A DNA stretch of 64,000 nt, from positions 32,001-96,000 of the forward strand of contig CAXXYE010000007.1 in NCBI GenBank assembly GCA_963674865.2. The letters run 5' to 3'. Positions 55,945 to 64,000 of the stretch are shown piece by piece. The stretch comes from Candidatus Hydrogenedentota bacterium. GTDB taxonomy: Bacteria; Hydrogenedentota; Hydrogenedentia; Hydrogenedentales; SLHB01. Both the position numbers and the translations under genes were made by a program. The notes under the pieces are model-generated. The model was given only the letters and a program-made list of their open reading frames with translations. It was not told the origin of the DNA and searched no databases. Every line of letters begins with the position of its first letter. Position 1 is the first letter of the stretch.

Positions 55945-57060
55945 CTATGCCCGGCGGGAGCCCTTTTCGATGGGCAAGGCGACTTCAAAGCACGCGCCGC
56001 CTTCATCGAGATTGCGGTAGCTGACCGCCCCGCCGTGGGCTGTGACGATACGGTGCACAATGGCTAGGCCGAGTCCCGTGCCTCCCTCCTTCTTCGAGAC
56101 AAAAGGACTGAACAGGTTCTCGTCCGGATCGCATTGGACGCCGGGGCCGTTATCGCGGACTCGGAATACTACGCTTCGCCCTGTGCTCCTCGCGCCAACG
56201 TGGACGCGGCCACCTTTGCCCACGGCGTCCACGGCGTTGTTCACCAGGTTGGCCACGGCTTGCGCCGCTTTGTCGAGATCGGCGTGGATCTTGGGCAGGT
56301 CCGGCCCGTAATCGACTTCGATGCTCGCCCCATTCTCGTCTGCTTGGCGCCGACACAACTTCACGACCCGCTCCAGAATATCCTGCGGGTGGCACCAGGC
56401 GGGCTCGACCTCGAAGGGCCGCGCGAAACCCAGAAACTGAGCCACGAGCTTCTGAAGTTTGGTGGTTTCCTCGCCGATTGCCTCAGCGGATTTCCTACCG
56501 GGATGATCGGCCTCCAAGCGGCGTAGCAGCAACTCGCACATGCCGCTGATGACGCTCAACGGATTCCGCAACTCGTGCACTACCCCCGCCGTGAGTTCTC
56601 CTATCGACGCCAACTGCCGGTTCAACGCCGCCTCGCGCTCGATACGGCGCCGCTCCGTCATGTCTGTGAAAAGGAAGATGGCTCCGTTCACGCCGTCCAA
56701 CCCCTCCAGGAGCGAAACGGATACGCCGATCTCCCTGTCTTTGCCATCGCTCCCCGGCACCACGAATTCCTCGCGCGCGAGGGAACGCCCGCCGTGTACG
56801 GCCTGTTCGAATAGCCGCAGGAATGGCTCGGAAATGGGGAGGTCCGTGAGTTGATTACCCGCAGCCAGTACTTCCGAGTCTAACTGAAGATGACGGCGTG
56901 CCGCGTCGTTTGCCGCGAGTATGGTTCCGTCTTTGTCCACGGCGAGCACCCCGCTGAGGAGGCTATTGAGCACGAGGCGGAAGTAGTCGGATATGTCATG
57001 GCTATCAACTGGAAGCGCGTCCATCGGGAGATTGTTTGCAAGCGGGTCTGTTGCATCCAT
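55945..57060 (-). CDS. PAS-domain sensor histidine kinase (PilS/AtoS-like, cytoplasmic)
   Basis: HELRNPL H-box, NLVNNA, DNGPG, F-box and GTGLGL motifs. Confidence 0.92.
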   Translation of the reverse strand: MDATDPLANNLPMDALPVDSHDISDYFRLVLNSLLSGVLAVDKDGTILAANDAARRHLQLDSEVLAAGNQLTDLPISEPFLRLFEQAVHGGRSLAREEFVVPGSDGKDREIGVSVSLLEGLDGVNGAIFLFTDMTERRRIEREAALNRQLASIGELTAGVVHELRNPLSVISGMCELLLRRLEADHPGRKSAEAIGEETTKLQKLVAQFLGFARPFEVEPAWCHPQDILERVVKLCRRQADENGASIEVDYGPDLPKIHADLDKAAQAVANLVNNAVDAVGKGGRVHVGARSTGRSVVFRVRDNGPGVQCDPDENLFSPFVSKKEGGTGLGLAIVHRIVTAHGGAVSYRNLDEGGACFEVALPIEKGSRRA

Positions 57061-57126
57061 GCGGTTCAGTACCCTCCCATCATGTTGTTCCGCTGGGCGC
57101 CTCCTCCACCGCCGGCCCCGCGAGCA

Positions 57127-57987
57127 CTACATCCGTGCCCGAATCTGCCGCGCCAACTCGGCAAACTCATCCAACGAGAGCGTTTCCGGCCGGCGGGCAG
57201 AGTCGATGCCGGCGGCGGCCATCCCGTCCAATACCGCTTCGCGGGGCGCTCCGAAGCTCCCCGAGCGCGTGAGGGAGTTCCGGAGTGTCTTGCGGCGCTG
57301 CGTGAACGCGGCCCGGATGATGCCCACGAGGAACTTCCGCTCCAGATCAGGATAAAGGGGCTCCGCACGGTTGCGCAAGCGCACAATGCAACTGTCTACC
57401 CGAGGCTCCGGACGAAAGCAGGTACGCGGCACCCGCCGGACGATGTCGACCTCCGCATGGTAATGCACCATGAGAGATAAGACGCCGTAGTCCCGCGAGC
57501 CGGCCCCCGCCGTCATGCGCCGTCCGACCTCTTCCTGCACCATGACCACGAGCCGCGAGAAGAACACCGATGATTCCCAGAAGTGGAACAAGATTGGCGT
57601 GGTTATGTAATAGGGCAGGTTCGAAAGCATCTTGAGCTGGGAGGCCCCGGGGAGGTATTCGGCCACCAACTTGTCCAATCGGTGGTTGAGGATGTCGCCC
57701 CGAAAAAGCCGCAGCGAATCGATCCCCGCAAACCGCTCCTCGAGACACGGCATGAATGACGCGTCTATTTCGACGGCGAGCACCCGGCGCGCCGCCTTGT
57801 GTAGGTGGTTCGTGAGGGCGCCCAAGCCCGCTCCCACCTCAACAACATCATCCTCAGGGCAAAGCGCGGCGGCTTCGACCATGATCCGGTTGATGTTGTC
57901 ATCGAGCAGCAGATTCTGGCCGAGGGCCTTCTTGAACCGGATGCCGTAGCGCTCGCACATTTCCCGTAGAGACATCATATCCTCCAT
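57127..57987 (-). CDS. rsmA: 16S rRNA (adenine-N6)-dimethyltransferase
   Basis: KKALGQNLL, VEVGAGLG, SNLPYYITTPIL and FTQRRKTLRN motifs. Confidence 0.96.
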   Translation of the reverse strand: MEDMMSLREMCERYGIRFKKALGQNLLLDDNINRIMVEAAALCPEDDVVEVGAGLGALTNHLHKAARRVLAVEIDASFMPCLEERFAGIDSLRLFRGDILNHRLDKLVAEYLPGASQLKMLSNLPYYITTPILFHFWESSVFFSRLVVMVQEEVGRRMTAGAGSRDYGVLSLMVHYHAEVDIVRRVPRTCFRPEPRVDSCIVRLRNRAEPLYPDLERKFLVGIIRAAFTQRRKTLRNSLTRSGSFGAPREAVLDGMAAAGIDSARRPETLSLDEFAELARQIRARM

Positions 57988-58114
57988 TCCGAACCTTGAG
58001 CTTAGAATCCATCTGTCAAAAGGTCAAGTGAATACTCCCTGCGGCTTTCATGCGCTCGTCAGGGCCGAGCGCGCGAGGCTTCGGCCTATCCACTGCTTCG
58101 TGTTCCCTCCAACG

Positions 58115-58143
58115 TTGACACGGCCATCTCCCTGTGATAAACT
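58115..58143 (+). promoter_or_regulatory. Sigma-70 promoter
   Basis: TTGACA-N17-TAAACT with extended -10 TG. Confidence 0.65.
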
Positions 58144-58204
58144 CAACGCGCTGTAGTTGATGTAACCTACAGAGCGCTATTCGTTTACACGAGGAGGGCG
58201 GTCA

Positions 58205-58588
58205 GTGAACAAGAGAATGACGGTATGGGCAAGAGCGACGGCGCTAGTGTTGCTTGCCGCTATCTTGATGCAAAGCGCGCCGCTATGGGCTCAAAGCTAT
58301 GACCCCGATGAAGAACTGCCCACACCGACGTTGCTCGAAAAGCGTCTCCACAAGATGGGGCGAGGTCTTGCCAACGTGATGTTCGGCTGGACCGAGCTTC
58401 CCCTGACGTTTGACCGGAAGATGAAGGATGGTAAGCCTTTGACCTACTTGCTCGCAACGGTACCCGTACTTGGGACGGCCCGGGCGGTCATGCGGACGGG
58501 TGTGGGCGTGTATGAGTTCACGACATTCTTCTATTCCAGCGAGCAGGTCAACTTCGAGGCCATCCTGGAACCTGAGTACCTTTTCTGA
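58205..58588 (+). CDS. Secreted protein resembling the exosortase-system-associated TIGR04073 family
   Basis: Signal peptide; KMGRGLANVMFGWTELP...RTGVGVYE..TF...EPEY pattern; GAGGAGG RBS. Confidence 0.7.
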   Translation: MNKRMTVWARATALVLLAAILMQSAPLWAQSYDPDEELPTPTLLEKRLHKMGRGLANVMFGWTELPLTFDRKMKDGKPLTYLLATVPVLGTARAVMRTGVGVYEFTTFFYSSEQVNFEAILEPEYLF

Positions 58589-58867
58589 GCGCAATATGAA
58601 GTGGAAACGACAGGGGGAGGCGCTGCTGGCTCCGGTCAAGCTGACCGACGGCCGGGCAGGTAGTGTTGTGCTGGTCGGCGCGCGGGAGAATCCCAAAGGA
58701 GCAGCGCTGGTGTTTTCGGGCGGAACGGAGAGCGATGTCGAAACCGTGCCGCTCACGGAGAGTCTTCATCTGCTAAGTCCTGTGCAGATAATTGAGATAC
58801 TTTGTATGCAAGAGAGAGTTTACGGTACTAGTGGGCTCACGCCGCCGGCCCAATTCGCCGAATAGCC

Positions 58868-59722
58868 GTGAGTGAACTATACGATATAGATTCGCTGTTG
58901 AGCGAAGTTGTCACTTTGCCGAGCCTGCCGGATACGGTGGCTCGAATTACGCAGCTTGTCAACCGCCCTGATTGTCCGCTGGACCTGATCGGGAAAACGA
59001 TCAGTGCCGATCCTTCCCTCGCTCTGAAGACGCTTCGTCTCGTCAATTCCGCGTACTATGGCCTGCGGAACAAGATCACCTCTGTTGAGCATGCCGTCGT
59101 CATGCTGGGACTCCGCGTCGTGAAGAACTTGGTTTTCACGGCCGCGCTGTTCGACCGCCTTAAGGCGGGTGCGCATGAATACCTGCTGCACTGCGTGAGT
59201 ACCGGCGTTGCCATACGCGTCCTGGCCGAGGCCAATCCGGGCAACCTGCCGGAAGAAGCCGTCGATGAGGTCTTTGTATTCGGCCTATTGCACGATATCG
59301 GGAAGCTGGTCCTGCAGGAGTATATGGCGGAGCAGTATCTCGAAGTCGTTAGTATGGTCGAAGAGCGCGAAATTCCTTTCTACGAAGCGGAGCGGGCAGT
59401 CATCGGCGTCGACCACGCGGAGGTGGGCGCCCGGGTCGCCGAAAACTGGAAGATGTCGCCCGCGCTGGTGAGCGCCATTGCGGGACACCACGACCTCGCT
59501 CAGTGCCGTGACACGCAGTTCCAGTCGTTGGCTGCCATGCTTGGTATTGCCGACGGCATCGCCAAGGCGGCGGGTGCGTGCTCCAATCCAGCCGATACGC
59601 TCGATATCGATGACGGGTTCTGGGCGGCTGGCGGGATCGAGAACGAGCAACTTCCGGATTTGGTGTACGGCTTCTTTGACGCCGCACCGCAAGTTGAAGA
59701 ACTCGTCAATCTCGCGTCTTAG
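58868..59722 (+). CDS. HDOD-domain signal transduction protein
   Basis: LPSLP, DPSL...LRLVNSAYYG, GLLHDIGKL and DHAEVGA motifs. Confidence 0.92.
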   Translation: MSELYDIDSLLSEVVTLPSLPDTVARITQLVNRPDCPLDLIGKTISADPSLALKTLRLVNSAYYGLRNKITSVEHAVVMLGLRVVKNLVFTAALFDRLKAGAHEYLLHCVSTGVAIRVLAEANPGNLPEEAVDEVFVFGLLHDIGKLVLQEYMAEQYLEVVSMVEEREIPFYEAERAVIGVDHAEVGARVAENWKMSPALVSAIAGHHDLAQCRDTQFQSLAAMLGIADGIAKAAGACSNPADTLDIDDGFWAAGGIENEQLPDLVYGFFDAAPQVEELVNLAS

Positions 59723-59929
59723 TCTGTCCTTTCGCGCCAGTGACTCCCAAGACCCCATCCCTTCAAAGCGGCTGCGCTCAAAGAAGGATACGGCTTTCCG
59801 CTTTCACGGGGGGCGTGCTAGAATGCCCCAAACCTACGATTTCCATCCGAAGCCTTTGGACGGCCTTGTTGTCGCGGAGCGGCGACTTCGGTGTGGTTGG
59901 AGCCCCGAGCCTTCTGCGCATGGTAAACA

Positions 59930-61003
59930 ATGCACCTTGTTGAATTTCAGTGCGACGGCTTCCGTTGTCTGCGAAACGTGCAGCTTGAGCCGTGTCCCGG
60001 CCTAAACGTCATTCGCGGCAACAATGCGCAAGGCAAGACTTCCCTACTTGAAGCGGTTCTCTTCCTGACGACTTCCAAGAGCCACCGGACGAATCATGAA
60101 CCGGAACTCGTGGCGCATGACGCCGCCGGCTTCCATCTGCAAGGCCAGGCTCGTAGGCATGACCGCGACGTGGAACTGGAGACGAACTGGTGGGAGGGGG
60201 CCAAACGCGTCCGGGTGAACGGAGTGCCCCAGACGCGCGTCAGCGATATTCTGGGCCGTGTGAACGTCGTTTTCTTCTGTCCGGACGACGTGACCCTTGT
60301 GCAAGGTACGGCGTCCCATCGCCGGCGATTTCTGGATATGGAGTTGTCTCAGTTGGATGGGAAGTATCTGACGGCGCTCCAGCAATACCGCCTTATCCTG
60401 CGGCAGCGCAATGAGTTGCTCCGGGGTGATCGGCCCGACCCGGCGCTTCTGGATGCGTGGGATGAGCAATTGGCCAAGCACGGCCTTCTGCTCATCGCGG
60501 AACGGCAGCGCTACATCGAAGAGCTTTCGGAGCGGGCCGCCGAGACGTACGGGCGGATCGCGCAAGATGAGCCTTTTCTTCTGCGCTACGATGCGGACGT
60601 GCCCCTGGGCGAATCCCTCCCTGACGTACTCACCCGCTCGAGGGACGCCGACTTGCGCCGCAATATGACGCTGCGCGGCCCCCACCGCGACGATGTGGCC
60701 ATCCTGGTCGGTGGGCGCTCGGGGCGCCATTTCGCGTCTCAGGGACAGCAGAAAACGGCCGCCCTCGCCCTCAAGCTCGCTGAGGTCCATCTCGCCAAGG
60801 ACCGCACGGGCGAGTATCCGGTTCTCATGCTGGACGAGGTGGGCTCTGATCTGGACGGCCTGCGGCGTGAGCGCCTTGGTGCGGCCATTCCCGAGGATGT
60901 GCAGTGTCTCCTTACGACGGCCGACGCACGCGACGAGTGGCATGCCTTCAGGAGCAGCCCAGCACACTTCGTGATCCGAAAGGGGCGCCTTGAAACGGAA
61001 TGA
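59930..61003 (+). CDS. recF: DNA replication/repair protein RecF
   Basis: GNNAQGKTSLLEA, RRRFLD, GPHRDD, SQGQQK and LMLDEV motifs. Confidence 0.96.
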   Translation: MHLVEFQCDGFRCLRNVQLEPCPGLNVIRGNNAQGKTSLLEAVLFLTTSKSHRTNHEPELVAHDAAGFHLQGQARRHDRDVELETNWWEGAKRVRVNGVPQTRVSDILGRVNVVFFCPDDVTLVQGTASHRRRFLDMELSQLDGKYLTALQQYRLILRQRNELLRGDRPDPALLDAWDEQLAKHGLLLIAERQRYIEELSERAAETYGRIAQDEPFLLRYDADVPLGESLPDVLTRSRDADLRRNMTLRGPHRDDVAILVGGRSGRHFASQGQQKTAALALKLAEVHLAKDRTGEYPVLMLDEVGSDLDGLRRERLGAAIPEDVQCLLTTADARDEWHAFRSSPAHFVIRKGRLETE

Positions 61004-61322
61004 ACCCACGGGCATCGGGGATATCCTCGACGGCCTCAAGAAGACCACGGGCCTGGGGGCGCAATTGGAGCGCGCCGCCATCTGGGAACGGTGGCCGGAG
61101 GTCGTCGGTAAGCGCCTGTCAGGCCACGGTCGCCCCAGGACTGTCAAGGACAAGACCCTCGTCATTGAGGCCGACAGCCCCGTCTGGGTCCATCGCTACG
61201 CCTTCCGGAAGTGGCATATCATCGGCCAAATCAACCGGTTCGCCGGCCGTGAAATCATCTCGGATGCCTTCATCTGTCTTGCGGACGACGAGGACCCCTG
61301 TCCTACACAAGATGGCGTGTAG
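60990..61322 (+). CDS. DUF721 / DciA-family protein
   Basis: W.EVVG..LS.H..P.....L.I..DS.VW pattern; canonical position between recF and gyrB. Confidence 0.8.
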   Translation: MKRNEPTGIGDILDGLKKTTGLGAQLERAAIWERWPEVVGKRLSGHGRPRTVKDKTLVIEADSPVWVHRYAFRKWHIIGQINRFAGREIISDAFICLADDEDPCPTQDGV

Positions 61323-61359
61323 GCGCAGCGCGAATTCCGCAAAATATTGCGCATTTCCG

Positions 61360-61388
61360 TTGTTTTTCCCCGCCCGTTTTGCTATAAT
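61360..61388 (+). promoter_or_regulatory. Sigma-70 promoter of gyrB
   Basis: TTGTTT-N17-TATAAT with extended -10 TG. Confidence 0.6.
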
Positions 61389-61390
61389 GA

Positions 61391-63907
<2,517 letters not shown>

Positions 63908-63954
63908 CGACGCACGCGAAGGCCCCAGCGCCCCCATAGACGCCACGGAGAGTC

Positions 63955-64000
63955 ATGTATACCCGAAACGAACAGATTGTGCCCATTGCCATCGAGCGGG
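63955..64000 (+). CDS. gyrA: DNA gyrase subunit A, 5' end (truncated by window)
   Basis: GGAGAG RBS, then MYTRNEQIVPIAIER, resembling the GyrA N-terminus, directly after gyrB. Confidence 0.65.
   Translation, partial: MYTRNEQIVPIAIER

Noticed and set aside
58596..58865. Possible 89-aa ORF (MKWKRQGE...) or structured RNA (gcgctgct...agcagcgc stem) between the TIGR04073-like and HDOD genes
   Set aside because: No RBS or recognisable motif; the stems are short for this GC content and match no riboswitch or SRP consensus I can recognise.
59723..59929. oriC upstream of recF
   Set aside because: No DnaA-box cluster or AT-rich unwinding element is visible.

Overview
A 64-kb, GC-rich, gene-dense bacterial chromosomal segment. 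The DUF1559/prepilin protein ending in [18 protein letters not shown] and the carbohydrate-enzyme content suggest a Candidatus Hydrogenedentes or PVC-like organism; this is inference only. Housekeeping genes: argC-argJ-argB followed by an exbB-exbD-tonB-like cassette, an RhlE-type DEAD-box helicase, rsmA, and recF-dciA-gyrB-gyrA(5' end). Motility and envelope genes: fliD-fliS behind a sigma-28 promoter, an orphan PilC/GspF, a DUF2723 glycosyltransferase and a CgeB-like glycosyltransferase. Also present: two GH2 hydrolases, a sodium:solute symporter locus, an FGGY kinase/phosphomutase/DapA-like cluster, a tandem B12-radical SAM/methyltransferase/SDR operon, and signalling genes (HEAT + HD-GYP, PAS histidine kinase, HDOD). 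Two intact insertion sequences sit back to back at 34.8-37.6 kb: an IS1202/ISNCY-type element with a 16-bp target duplication and an IS30-type element. The most unusual signal is a multi-branched secondary structure in the non-coding 3' end of the IS1202-type element. A diverged solo copy of that end at 46.2 kb keeps one hairpin through compensatory changes, pointing to a conserved functional RNA or ssDNA element. Two small membrane-protein genes below the ORF-track cut-off were also found. No tRNA, rRNA or CRISPR array was seen.
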